A stretch of DNA of 64,000 nucleotides from contig CM120640.1 in the NCBI GenBank assembly GCA_051362555.1, positions 9,114,001 through 9,178,000 of the forward strand, given 5' to 3'. The stretch comes from Lingula anatina (taxonomy: Eukaryota > Animalia > Brachiopoda). The position numbers and the translations under genes are program-made. The notes under the pieces are model-generated. The model saw only the letters and a program-made list of their open reading frames with translations, was not told the DNA's origin and made no database searches. Below, piece by piece: positions 1 through 14,381 of the stretch. Numbering within the stretch: position 1 is the first letter of the stretch; every line of letters begins with the position of its first letter.

Positions 1-2171
1 CTCTTCTTTATGGGCAGGGCAGCCCAGTTTCCTTTTTTGCTTTCTTTTCCACATCATCTTCATATGGATATATACAAAAATGCAGTACTAAGAATGTTGA
101 ACTATAAAGTCTGAAATCAGCCTTGAAAAATGCAAAATCCACTTTTCACTGTTCATTTTGGCAATGCCTTCCTCTAGATGTCTAATATACTGTTTGCTAT
201 ATGGCCACACAACTGACTTCCTGTGCCTTTGCCAGTAACTCCCAAGAAAGAATAAATTTAAATGGATGTTAAATGGATTTAGAGCACTTAAGGGAATTTG
301 TGTACGATTTGTAATATATTTGTTTACTTTGCCAAAATATACTGATTCATCCCTTCCGTATATCTGTCAAGACCAGTAGGTTTTTTTTTTCTCAGTCTTT
401 TTCAAGTTACGTCTTTGCCTATCAGCCTATCTGTGAACTGTTATAAAGTTGGTTTGTTTGACATGTAGGCCAGCATGGGGTCCAGTTTGTATATAACACC
501 TTTGTTACTAAGAAACCTGAAGCCGTACCACTGAAGTGTTTTCTCAGTTGGCCGTTCCATTACTCTCAACCTCACTCTGTAGTGGGTAGGAGCACATGGG
601 AAGGCGAAGCCACAATTCCCACTTTAGAAGATCCCAAATATCCCACACCACCACATGGGTTTAGAAAAGAATAAGACAGAAGCCATGGAAACCTTTGTGA
701 TTAGCTACAGGAAAGGGTTGGCCTCTGGTCACACACACTAGGAGAGAACATAATAACATTGTGTGGTGGGCAACACGTCTGGTCAGTGGTGAGAGGGTGG
801 TCAGTTTTGTCTGCTACATCCATGCATATCACTCAACACTATGGTTTAGCCTTTCTTTGGGACCCCAGGAATCAATGTGGTCAGTCCATCTGCCTCTCCA
901 CACCATTCCATACAGCACACAGAATATTGAGGTAGCAAGGGACTATATGGACCTGAAGATTTACTCGGATGAATGAACATCATGTATCTGTTCTAGGAAA
1001 ATGTTTGTGGAAGTAATTTGATTCGCACTCAATGTGAGCATTAATTCCCCTTAGGTGTTTTCCACCAGTACAAATTGGCTGTGGTCAGAGGGAGGAGGCA
1101 TCTGGGGTTTTTAAAGTTAAAATATTGGTAGAATAAATGAAAGGGATTGCGGTAACAGAAGCGGATTATCAAGCTGCAGTATTAAGACCAAGATGAAGTT
1201 ACGCAAGGAGGTGACTCCAGCCACCTGATGTGTGGCCATGCACTGGAAACTTCATCAGAAAATCCAATTGAACACAGTCTAGCAACAGTGCAGTGATTTT
1301 CAGTGGAAAATAGGATTTATCCAACTTGGCATTGTGTCTAATTCAATGTTGCTCTTGGCGTTAGAAGTGTGCTTGCCTCTACATGACTGGTTGAGGAGTG
1401 ATTTGGGAGATGTCATTAGAGCAAAAGAAACTAGTTGAATATAGCCACTTTATATGAAAACGGGGCAAATATTTTTGCTGCATATCTTGCAGACTGCCCA
1501 TGCCCAAATACCCTGGAAACTAGCAAGATTTAGGAAGCTAAAAAGATTTCACATGATGGCCTCATGCTAGTTTTACTTGGCTGAGTTTGTTACGCTTGGG
1601 CGTTTATAAATAAATGGAATTAGGCACAGGAGTAGGACAAATTGGATCTTATTTCAGTGGAACGAAGGAGAACAGAGTTGTCTGGGAAGGTTAACTTTAC
1701 AGCATGCTAACATTGAGTTTAATTGCTTTGAATTATACAGGCAGGAAAAATGCTCCGGTAAAACAAGAGAGGATTGCAACACACAACAATGTGAAACAGA
1801 GCCACATATGACTAACAATTTTTTTGGCAGCCAATTTGTCAAGGGATTGGTGAACCAGCTTTCTGTTTCCATAGAATTAATGAAGAGATCAACCTTATTA
1901 ACTTTGACATGGTTTCCTATCTTTTTTATATTGTCACCCTCTGAGCTTCAACATCAGGAAATGACAAACTGAGAAAGTACAGTAGGAGCCTTTTTGTCAC
2001 CAGATAGAGGAAGTGTGTTCCTTGCAACAAGAGACAGTGCCTTCAGACTAATTACTAATACAGAACATTAATTCCCTGCAGGAAGTTGTCGTGATATTGG
2101 AGACATTACTGTGGACATATTGTTTTAACCATGACAGCAATACTAACATTATTTCTGATCTTTGCTTTCAG

Positions 2172-2218
2172 TACCAGTGCTGCCAGGAGTTATGAAGACT
2201 TCCAGCCCGCAAGTTCAG
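2172..2218 (+). CDS. Candidate 47-nt upstream exon of ROR (TSAARSYEDFQPASS)
   Basis: Strong acceptor (tttgctttcag) and donor (CAG|gtgagt); open frame ends in phase 1, matching the phase-1 start of the 8496 Ig exon. No homology support. Confidence 0.45.
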
Positions 2219-5200
2219 GTGAGTAATGCAATGGTTCCAGGGTTTTGTGACCCTCTTTGTTCATGTTGAATAACTTGAAATTGAAGTAGGAAATGGGGTA
2301 GATGATGCTCACATTCTAGGATTATCCCCTTTCCCCTCCTCCTCCCCCTCCCTTACCCCAAAGAAACGGAACACATCCTAAAATACTCCATCCCACAAAT
2401 ACCTTGACTCCAGCAATCAAATGCATGCAGGTACATGTGTGCACAGATGGGGGCACTTTTATACTCCTAGGGTCTGTTATCCAAGGATCTGCTGTTCCAA
2501 AGCCAATGCCCACTATTCTGAGGGGCCCCTACTTTGAAGGCATGGCAAACTGCAATAAGATAGCAATCCCTTGCAGCAGAGTACACATGTACAGCCCTAT
2601 ATGTATTATGCCCCATTTTGCTATCTGTACGCGTACACATAAGCTCAAACAATGATTGTTTTCAGATCAAAGCTCCTTTAATTTTTGGAATAGCAGACAG
2701 TTGGAATAATGGACCCTCAGACAAGCATGTGAATGAATGCAAAGACGCACACACACACACATGCACACACATGCAGGTGCTTTTCAGAAACCTCTTTATC
2801 TCCTCTTTACAACTATAAATACTTGGCAAACTTTTCATTTTTGTTGGAATCACTTCAGTAGTGCTTCTTTTTATGCCTGTCATGGAATGCCACCACAGCT
2901 TGACTTAAAATTTAATTTAATTGGGTCTCATGGGGAAAACTGGAAAAAACCTTATTACTTTTTTATCAGCCTTAATGATAAGATAGGATAAGGGCACTTT
3001 AAAAAGTGGAGTCGTACAAAGCCCTGTTGTTACTTACAGTTGATGAATATTGGATATGATGTGGATGATTGAAATAAAAAATGTCCATGATTTAAGCAAA
3101 CTCCTCCAGTATATTTGGCACTGCCATAGCAAAGATTTGTGACTGGATCCTATTGGTGAAAAAGCAATTACAAGATTAGAAATCATTTGTTCTTTTCTGG
3201 TTTCCATGTACTTAGATGCTGTTAAACTGTTGAAGTTGTTGCAACTGCCTGCTTAAGGTACCCACATGCCAGATTGTGACATTGATCACCCCTTAGATCT
3301 AATACAGATTTTAAGAAGTCACACTGACATAACCATGGGTGGTAGAAGGCTACAACTCCAACAGCTTAAAAAGTTGTGTCAGTGTTATCTGTGGCAGAGC
3401 AGTTCTGGATCATTGGGGACAAATTGCCATGGACTCCTCTAACTGGCAACATTCAGTATTAGGCCTGACAAGCTCTGTCAGTGATTGATACAGGGAAAAC
3501 TGTTCTCTAGACTTGAACCAAACTTCAAAAGCATTGTTTTCCCATTTGTTGTGTGTGTTGTTTTTGCACCCTTCGTTGATAGTCTTGAGAAAGTTTAGGT
3601 AGAAAAAAGGACAACAAGCTGCCCTTGTCAGTACCTCATCACTCATCCAGAACATTTGGTGAGACTTTACACCCCTCTGGCATATCTGACTTTTAATGGC
3701 TCAAAATTTAAATGAAAGTGTGCATTGTTGACTTTGATCACTCTATGGATATCTGCAGTGCCTGAAGGCAATGGGTTAAAAGGAGACCAGGATGATGGTC
3801 ATTAGCTGCCATGTTGTTATCACCTGTGAGGGAGAGACTGTCTCACCAGGAGAGGCAGTCCTGGCCATTGTGGTCTTCTTTTGGAGAACATGTTCTGATA
3901 TCTGTGAACTTTGCGGTTTAAAGTTCAGACATATGTCTTTTGAGGTACATTTAGGAAAAGATTGTGATGTATCTATTGTAGCATTACTTTGGACAGGGTT
4001 GTGACCTAGGTCAGAGGGGGTTAATGAAAGTATGACCTTGGGTTTGGAGATGAAAAGTGATTTTTCACTGCATTATGCTCCTACCCTCCATACTGCAATG
4101 ACTGTAGTCATCAAATTGATTAAGTTATCAGTTGTACTTATGCAAGTTATTGAAGAGATTTCACAGTGGTTGAAGAAACTTGCTGTTACTAATGGCAAGC
4201 ACTATGAAATTGAACTATTGGCTGGCAGTCCTCAAGACTAAAAAATTCTGTGCCTCTGTTTCATTTTCTGTTCAATATGCTGTTTTGATTTATATTGTTA
4301 ACTCATTTAATTGTGCCAGTGGAAACTGATTTTACATCCAACAGCTATGAAAACAAAGCCGAGGTGATACTTTTTACCAAATGTCAGTGTTTTCCATATT
4401 TGAATTCTGGCCTCCATAATCAGACAAAGGAGGCTTTCAGTGAAAGGGCAGATTTTCATACCAGATCAGTGTTTCCAGCCTTATCTCTCTGCCTGGGTTA
4501 GACTAGATCATGTGGTCAATTGAAATTCTTTTGATCCTGAAAATCATTCCCAGGCCTCAAAAATCTGTTAAGAATTGTAGATTTTGCAAGAACAACATTG
4601 CTCTGGTTTTGTTTGATGATGTTTATATATCTTAAGAAGCTAGAACCAAAAACATTGTGTGGTTACATTGACCTGCATGAAGGATCCCAGCGTCTATTTT
4701 AAAGGAAGCTTTCATAGAACCATGTTTACGGGTAGCCCATTAGCACAATTTGATATAATCATTTGGGAGCCTGGTAAAAAATGAATGTGCAGGATCCACT
4801 CTAACACGATTCTTATCTTGGCGATATTACAGTTGTTTTTAGCCAGTAATTTTTGCAAGTTTTATTTATTTTATGTTTGTTTTGTATCATAGAAATCTTA
4901 AGACTTTGTTAATAGGTGTCTCATGTGATATAGGCTTCACTGAAATAATTTGAAAGAGAAGGGTCATCTCTGGGGCATGGTGTTGTACTGTATTATGAAT
5001 AGTATACACTGTCATGGCCATCTTTGTACTTGTCATAGTCATCACTTCTGTAATTAATCCTCATTGGTGTGGTATCATCTGTACAAATTTACTGGCTATG
5101 AAGATACATGGCCATAAGTGAGAGAGAGTTTGAAATTAATGACTTTATCAGAGTCTGAAGGAGCACCATACTGTATTACATGTTAGTGAAAAGCTTGAGA

Positions 5201-8200
5201 TTCAGAAGAGACATGGTGAAACTGGATTTGGGGGGGGGGGGTCAAGGGGAAGGTCATGACAATTCTTCACGTTTTATTATATTATTCTCACCAGCTTTAA
5301 CAATAGGGGCTATCTACATATTGTAGACCCTTATTCATCTATTGTAGACATTTTTTTAAATTATGTTTTATGGAGCATGATTAAAAAAGTTCTAAATGTA
5401 ACTTTATCCCACTTAAAATATAATGTGTTATTTACTGTTTCCAAGAAACTGATATTCTTCTTTGAATGTGCATTGTGATTTTCAGAACATTAATTTTATG
5501 AAAGTGTTCAATGGGGGTTTCCACATCACATTTACCCTAATGTCGCTAAGTGTTCAAGCAGTGGGAAACTGCTCCATTGTTTCTCACACTTGAGAGCCAT
5601 CCTATACCGTTCCATTAATAAAAAGGGCAACTTTGTTGTGAAGAGGCACTTTGTCAGAAAATCAGCTGTAAAGGAGGTTTTTGTAATACACTTAAAATCA
5701 ACTTTATCAAAGGAAAGCAGGTGAAATGAAATGTTTTGATAAGGTGAAGTGGAAATATCTTGATTATTGTGACTGTTAAATTGATTAGGGAAAGAATAAA
5801 TAAATAATCTCCTGGAGAGAGATGTCCTCCCCTGAACTGTATTAAAACTCTCTAAGTCTCAAGAGCAATATAAATTTGAGATGTGGACATTTTGAATTTA
5901 CTTACTGACAATTAATAAGACCAACTTTCTGTCAAAATGCCAAGATTAGAAGTTTTCAAAATCTTGTTAGCCAGGGGCTGGTAATTTTCAAGACGGGTTA
6001 TTCAATTTTGCCGCGTGCCTTGTAAATTTGATTGCAGAATAGTAGTATTTTGCGCCATTATTCAGTTGTTGCTGGCTAAAAGCATGTTATTCTCAAGTGC
6101 ACATAACCACTCAGGATTTCTGAGTGTACTGAAAACCATGCAACCTCAATATCATTGACATGTCTTTGTCGCAGATGCATGTTGTCTTTATGGTAGTTGG
6201 TTTTTCAGTGAATTCTAAAACTCAGGGTGGAAGAAGTGAGTTTTACATAACTGATCCTTTTAGTAAGGTCAGATAAAAAATGCGTGTCTCTCTCTCACCC
6301 TGCTGTAGGTCTGGAAGCCAGCAGACCTCGGCAGTGCCACCTGGCGTGGAGATGACATCCTATACCTCTTAATAGGCAATAAGTAAATAATCCATGCACA
6401 GTTTTATCCAAGTTATGGCATCTCTGTTTGTTGATTTATCCTGGAATTTTCCACCTGATATGTGTAAACTTCTTACCTTCTCTGGTGTGAGTTATGATAC
6501 CACTTCATCCCCTCCTGGTCTCAGGTGGCTCTGTATTATGTAATATAGTGTAAAGGAAGCAGCATTTAACACAAATATTTGGGGGTCATTTTGGTTCAGG
6601 TTGGTGGCTGAATTCCATGATGCCATTCATGAACTGTCTTGTCCTTGGTTAATATAGGATATTTGATTATTATTGGAGAAAATAACTTCTTCCTTGAATT
6701 CTGCTGATCCATATACATACTAGTACACATTTTATGTATATGGTTGGCTCCTGTTTGGTCAGCTTATATATGATTATCAGTTACTGCAATAATAATTTGA
6801 AGAAGATTTTAAGACATTTTCAATTTAATCAGAAAAAAATCATAAAACTAATCTATTGTTTGCTAACTACTAGAATTCTAGCAAAATGTAATTGTAGGTC
6901 AATACAGCCATGCACACATGCACATGCATGCATATATATATATATATGGCCACACATAATATACATAAATGTTCAGACAAATAGTTCGTATAAAAGAAGA
7001 TTACAAGTCCTAAATTAAAAAGACTACAAGCTGCTGCAGCCATTATTCTTTCTTGATGAAAAAATTACTTTTGAAACCAAGTGTAACATGTTTCTTTGTT
7101 GGGAGTAATAACTAAAGTCACTGTAAAACAAGGCGGGAAATTGGTTCTGCCAGGTTAGCCCCTCCTTTCTGATGTTAAGGAAACTTGGTGGTTGTTTGAA
7201 TGGAATAAATCTTTGTTAGAGCTGCATGAGTTGAGAGAAGTGTCCTTCCTTTTCATGTTCCAGTGCATTTTGTCTGTACGCAATCTGATTAATCCCATCT
7301 GTCTGTAGTGATACTGGCGTCTGTTGACTTGTTTATGAGAATTCTTTTGTAATGTTTTAGGAAACTTGTTTTTATATATTTTTATCATCTTTCTGACAAT
7401 ATTTATTCAAAGAATGTGTCTGACTCTATGTGTTTATTTGTTAGTCACTATGTTTGTGTGACCTAAGTATGATTTCATAACATGTTTTGAAATTTGCATG
7501 CTCTTGAACATTGTCCCAAATGAAAGTAAGAAAAAAAAAAAAGAAAATGTTACGTAAATTATAAGGCAACACACTTGATTTGATAAGTGCTAGCTTGTTT
7601 TAAGCTGTTTAAAAGAAAAAAAAATATTGGTCATTGAACCATCACTGATGCATTTTAGAGTGAATGTTTTGACTGGTGTGTATAAAACTGCATGTAGTTG
7701 TCTGTGTGATGTTGAAAGGTGCGGGAGACAGGTTCTGGTAATCCAATCGGAAAGTGTGGAAAAAATGGCATCATGTTTGCAAGCTAAGGTACCATGTATG
7801 GAAGACTTGTAGGGTTTGAAGGGCTTGTAATTCCAGTTTTTCTTCACTTTGCATGGCTGGTGAATTAGCTAATGTGGTGATTATTTACTCAATGAAGTCA
7901 CCGTTTAAACTTCACTATTAGGTAACCAGACCTTAAAAGCATTGTGCATGCAGGAGTGCTTTCCAGTAGGATGGTGTGAAATCATGTTTCCTTTTTTTTT
8001 TTGTAAGGTTTAATGAATGATTGATATGAAGTAGAAAATAAAAACACATCAATGAATAAATTATTGATAAAAATTGATCCACTGCCATTTAAACTCTCGT
8101 TATCTTAGTCCAAGGAGATAAAAGAAGATAAATCATGTTTTAGTTCTCCACTTTGATGGTCCAGGTTTAATGACCCATGGATGCTTTACAAATTATTAAA

Positions 8201-8495
8201 AGAGAAGATGAAAAATGAACAATTCAGCGTGTTTGGTTTTTTTTTAAAGGGGGTGGGGTGAATTTTGGTGATAATGCCTTCCAAGACAAAAATGCCTTTA
8301 TGCCTTTGGTTTTAACTGTTAAAACATTGTACCATCTGGTTGCATACACTTAAGATTTATCAAGAAGCTCTTTGTTTCCTGAGACCTTTGTCAACATTTT
8401 GTTTCTCTTCCCCATTAGCATAACCCTTGAGGTGTATGTTTTTAGTTGTGCACTGGTTAAAAAAATTACAAATAAGCCTCAATTTTCCTTTTCAG

Positions 8496-11400
8496 ATGGG
8501 TTCGTAAGAGTGGATCGTCCAATGGAAAACCTTACCAAATTCACCGGAGAAAATGTGAGATTACGCTGTGAAATCTCCGGCTCTCCAGTCCCACGCTACA
8601 CCTGGTTCAAGGATAATGTAACAATACAAGAGAGCAGACACAGCAGACTGAATGCCAAAGATACTTTTTGGGGATCAAGGTATTGTATGTTTCTCTGCTA
8701 AAGTTGCACTCTAAGGAGCAGGGCGTTTGATATCTCATTAAAACTTGGTCTCAGTCCTAATTGATGGTGTTTCAGTAGAAGATTTTAATGGTACACTCAG
8801 CTTGAAATGTAAAATGAAGTCTTTCTAGTTTATTTAAATTAATTACAATTTTAGTTTTACTGTTTAGTTCTACTGATGGTTTAATGAGTTGTGCTGTAAT
8901 CATTTATGCAATATTACAGGTTACGTATAAACAGTGTTCAAGAATCTGATTCTGGTGTCTACTCCTGTGAAGCAACCAATGTGTTTGGTAGAGAAAGAGC
9001 CAGTGGAATGCTGCTAGTAAAACCCGGTAAGTAGACAGAGATTTGTTTTCATTCCAGTGTATAATGACATGATTCTCAGAATTCGAAGTAATTGACTGTG
9101 TGAAGTTGGTATATAAATATAAGTCTATAATAACCACAGGAAACCTCAAGGGTTGTATTACTACATGGGATCAATAATAATGCTATAGACTTCATGTATA
9201 TTGTAAATGTTGCATTGCCTCCTTTTCACATACTTAAATGTTATCCATGCACTTTGTGTTAATGTTACAAAGAATGATGGGCGTGGATTGTTGGTTTAGA
9301 ATACTCCATGAAAAAAAACTGTTGTTTTCATATAAAGACCTGCTTCGACAAATATAGTACTTGATCCAATAAGCCAGATTATTAATTGTACTGCTGGCAA
9401 TATGTTGAAAAAAATTGTATGCTTCCCCAAACAAATATATCAGTATTATTCTCATATATTTTTCATACTTCGTCATTGCCCATATTTGTATTGAGTTATG
9501 GTCTTGATTTGCAGGTCGTCCTCCTAATTACACTCCTAGGACAGTAGAGGTGGATCCTTTCCCGAGTGGTCCGCCAGATGAGGAGACCCCCATACGACCA
9601 CCTGGCTTTGATCCATTCGGTACTGCAGCTTTCCCTAATTTCAACTACAGACCACCAGGGACAAGGTATGTAATGTAGTAGACTGACTAACTGGTGAACA
9701 CACAGCCATTGGATTATTTTTTGAGTTTTTACTCTCAGTGAGCGCAACCTTAGCTCCCTCTGGGGGCTTGTGGTTGGGATCTTTTAGATATACATGGCTT
9801 GAGACTAGTCCTTCTGTTGTTTTGGCCATATTGGAACCAAAGACTTTTATCTTGTTAGGCTTACATAGTAAGATGATGTTAAAAAACTCTTTGCTGTCCA
9901 TTATTCTTCTTTGACTTTCTTTACCAAAGCAAAAATTGCCATCTGGTTGTAATAAAAATCATTTATGAGATCTCTGTGTTCTTGGTAATATTGGGATGAG
10001 AATATCTGTATTTTGTCTTGAAAGAGAAGTCTTTTATGTCCTGTTTGATTGCAGCTGCCTGGTTTTTGGCAATGGAAATAAATATAACTTCTTTATCAGT
10101 GTGTGTATGTGTGTGGCCTTCTGCATGTAACTTTACAAACTATTTGAGCCTGTATCTTCTTTTTTCTCTACTTCCAGAGATAGCCAGCCAGGCAATGGTT
10201 TCTGCCAACCATACAGAGGAGTGTCGTGCTCTAGATTTGTTGCCAATAAAAGTATTTATGTCCTAGACAACTTCATGCAGGGCCGAGTGGAGAATCAGCT
10301 GTTAGGTTAGTCTGCAGAGAATATCTCAAAGATCTTCACAGACATCCTGGAGAGAACTATACAAATCTCTGTGCGAAGGTTTTAATATGTCTTGATTTTG
10401 GTGAAAAAAATGGCATTATTGGATTAATGGCATCTAAGTTTTCAAGTGTAGTTTAGCATTTAAAAAAAAATTTCCTCTGTTTAATGTTTATGATACTGAA
10501 GCTACAAAACAAGGAAAAGGTTTTGACTGGGGAATATTTTTATATTTTAATTGTATGAAATACTTGAAAGAAAGAGTTAAATTGAATATATATGATTTAG
10601 TTAATAATTTCCGACTGTTCACTTGAAACTTAACTGATAAACAGCACAAAGCTAGTTGAAAACAACGCAAAATCCTTAATACAGTGAATTCTCAAAATCT
10701 ATAGATCTGTTTGTAAGTCATGTAAACCATAATAGAAAAATATTTGAAAAAAAAAATTAAAAAGGGGGTCAGAGAGTATAGTATTATATATTTGAATAAT
10801 AAGTGCTTTCTAAAACTAAAATCTTCATCTCCTTTTTCAAGCTGCCATCACAGTGATAGAGCAGACGACGGAGATGTCAGAGAGGTGTGAGGAGTACGCC
10901 ATTCCCATGCTGTGTCACTTTAACTTCCCTCTGTGTGACAACAGTGGTGTGGAGCCACAGCCACGACAGATTTGTCAGGAGGAGTGTAACATTCTCATGA
11001 CTGATATGTGCAAGACTGAGTACGTGCTGGCTAAGACGCAGCCAGTGATTGGTATGTAGACGGAAATGTATCTTAATTTTAATTCAGACATAGGTTAAAA
11101 CCATTTTGGTCCTTAAACTAGTTCTAGACAGACATTTCTCACCAGCAGTGTAGTGTCTGTGTTTTTGGAGAGTGGTATTACCCAGAGACCCCACTGTGGC
11201 TCAGGCATTGAAATTTTCCACAAATGATTTTAGTTGTCTTGTGGTAATTTAAAACTGAACCTCGTTTTTACTAAACAGACCTCTGACTTACAGATTTGAA
11301 CATATGAGAAAGTTGAAAAGACTGATATGTGTTTATGGATATTTTTGTCTTAAAAAAAAAATTATAATAAGATTTAAACATTTAAAGGCAATGTTAGAAT

Positions 11401-14381
11401 ATCTGGGATAAAACTATCTGATACTAATAAATGTTTCTTGTTCTTAATATCTACTGAAATTAAATATTGAATGCCTAGGGCATTTTGATCAATTGTGCTT
11501 TACATGCATTTCACATTATTGTCTTTTCAGGTAACAGTTTATTACCCAGGTGTGAGGATTTGCCAGCCAAAGGAACGCCACAGGCTGCTAATTGTGTCAG
11601 CATTGGTCTACCTAAAGGACAAGTGAAAGTAGACACAGGAAGCCATGGTATGATATTTATATGACTCCTCTAAAATTTGGATTGAAATTTCATTTTTTTT
11701 TGCCTGGGCAGAGTTATGTTAAGTAATAAGTCATATATGCACAACATTCTGTTTGTACACTTTCTCAATGTAGGACATTAACATCCCTACCTTTCTCTCT
11801 TCTCTCTGTGTAGGTCACTCCTGTTATAATGGGACAGGCATGTCATACCAGGGGACAGTGAGCTACACAAAGTCAGGACTCAAGTGCCAGAAGTGGACCT
11901 CAAATAGCCCCCACCTTGTTACTCTGTCACTTGGCCAGTTCCCACTGCTACAGGGTACGTATAGACAGCTACAGCTACAGGAGCTCTGCAGTTAAATTTT
12001 ACCTTATTATTTCTTTTTTCTTTATGCCATTAAATAACTCACTTTACACAGTCTGAAATGTATTGGCACCAACAGAATTATTGATCATAGGCTCTCAAAG
12101 ATTGATGATGTCACTAGTGAGACTTTTCAATACTAAAAGAAGTAAGAAATTTTAAGTTGGTGATCCTAGAATTCTAGATCCTCTAACAGAGAGAAAGAGA
12201 GAGAGAGACAGTGTTAGTGAAGATACGCAAGTGGGTCAGATTATGAATATTGCCCAGTTATATGCCTTAAAGAAATGTCATTTGTAAAATATGTCCCTGT
12301 ATTTATAACAGGAGGACACAATTACTGCCGCAACCCAGGAGGACGCAAGGAAGCACCTTGGTGTTTCACAATGGATAAAATGGTGCCCACAGAACTTTGT
12401 GATATACCAAAGTGTCGTAAGTTTTATTGGCTATGCACATTTATATATTAAGGATATTGTTAGTTTGATTTGATGGAGAGTATTAGAAGCATGTATTCAA
12501 TAAGAAAAGGTGTGTATTATTAAGACAGATACTAAAGAACTTGGCTTGCAGTCTACTTGGTTCATGAATTTAAATAAATAATCTGTAACTTAAAATTTGT
12601 AGCAGTATTTAAATTACCAACTTTTTACCCAAACTTGTGGTTATTAGCAAACTTTCACAAAGAGAAAAATTAGTAAATTTGATTTAATTTTGTTAATTTT
12701 TAAATCATAGCTTTTTGTACTTCTAGCTGACCTAGTGAAGACAATAAACCAAGTGACATCTGATGCATCAAAAAACAGCTCAAACCTCAAAGAGATTCTG
12801 ATTATCGTCCTGCCCAGTGTGGCCATCCCTCTCATTTTGGCCCTGATCATTACTGTGATATGCCTGTGCTCCAGACAGAGACGCAACAGGCAAACTCCAC
12901 CAGAAGCCGCAAAATCTCCAGAACAACCAAACCAAGACATGGAGATGACTGCTCTAATCATTAAGAATCCTGTCAAAGCAAAAGAGTTTCCACGATCTGC
13001 AATTCGCTTTGTTCAGGAACTTGGAGAAGGGGCATTTGGAAAAGTTTACAAAGCAGAAGTGATTGGATTATATGGAGATAACACAGTTGGTACAATTGCT
13101 GTAAAAACATTAAAGGAAAATGCTTCACAAAAAATAGCTAGCGATTTTCGTCGCGAAGTTGAATTGATGTCTGACATGAGACACTTGAATATTGTGTGTC
13201 TGATTGGAGTTTGTATGAAAGACCAGCCATGGTGTATGCTGTTTGAATACATGCCACATGGAGACTTACACGAGTTCTTAATACGTCATTCACCACATTC
13301 AGATGTGGGTATGAATGAGGATGGCCTTGTACCGCGCCATCTTGACACCTCAGACATGTTGTACATATCAGTTCAAATAGCAGCAGGGATGGAGTTCCTC
13401 TGCAGCCACCATTTTGTCCACAGAGACCTTGCAGCTAGAAATGTTCTGGTTGGAGACAATTTAACTGTAAAAATTTCAGACTTTGGTCTTTCAAGAGACG
13501 TGTACTCATCTGATTATTATCGCTTGCAGAGCAAGGCCCTCCTTCCAGTGCGCTGGATGGCACCTGAGTCCATTCTTTATGGGAAGTTCACAGTAGAGAG
13601 TGATGTGTGGTCCTATGGAGTGTTACTGTGGGAGATATTCAGCTATGGACTCCAGCCTTACTATGGCTATACGAATCAAGAAGTGATAGAAATGATCCGA
13701 GGCCGTCAGATATTACCATGCCCTGATGGCTGCCCCAGTAGGGTATACACCCTGATGGTAGAGTGTTGGCATGAAATGCCAGCCAGGAGGCCCACATTCA
13801 ATGAAATTCACATGCGTCTAAGGCAGTGGCGTGGGGAGCTGATTGCAACCCAGTTCCCACAACATAACCTGGCTCAGAGCCATTCTGGACACTCGAGTAG
13901 TACGCAGCATAGCAGTGGCCGCAGTCAGCAGAGTCACCATAGCAGCACAGGGCCCAGTAATAACACTACCACTACAGGACTCACAGGGAGTTCAGGGAGG
14001 ATGACTGGGGGGAACCAGCCACCCCCAGGGTTCCCACCCATCCCCCCTCCCCCTGTAGGCTATTACTCAACTCCATATAGTAATGTCCCATCTCAGGGAT
14101 ATGCACAGACTGGGCAGGCACCGCCACCCCCAGGATTTGTTCATCACCCTGCTATGTATAAAAAGCCCTCTCCACCCGGCTCTGTAGCCAGTCATAAGTC
14201 ATCAAGCCATAGTTCAAGATCATCGTCCAGTAACTACAAACCCAACATGCAAAATAAAGTGCCAACCAACCAGCAACACAACGTCCAAAGCCCAGTGCAT
14301 GTCAATAATTCCATAAACGCCCGGAATGAAATGATTAAAGACAGCATGTTTATAACAGAGCCAAGACAATCAGAAATATAA
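8496..14381 (+). CDS. ROR: ROR-family receptor tyrosine kinase (Ig - Frizzled-like CRD - kringle - TM - kinase - Ser/Thr/Pro-rich tail); first/signal-peptide exon not identified
   Basis: Phase-compatible GT-AG exons: 8496-8679 and 8920-9026 (Ig: [30 protein letters not shown]); 9515-9665 (Pro-rich linker); 10178-10305, 10842-11051, 11531-11647 (CRD: [25 protein letters not shown]); 11814-11954 and 12312-12416 (kringle: [25 protein letters not shown]); 12727-14381 ([64 protein letters not shown]; TAA at 14379-14381). Confidence 0.95.

Noticed and set aside
1-8400. Many short ORFs (60-95 aa) in the first 8 kb
   Set aside because: No recognisable motifs, low-complexity composition; most consistent with the large 5' introns of ROR.
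12644-13252. Antisense ORFs (110 aa and 68 aa) over the ROR last exon
   Set aside because: Shadow frames of the real coding exon.
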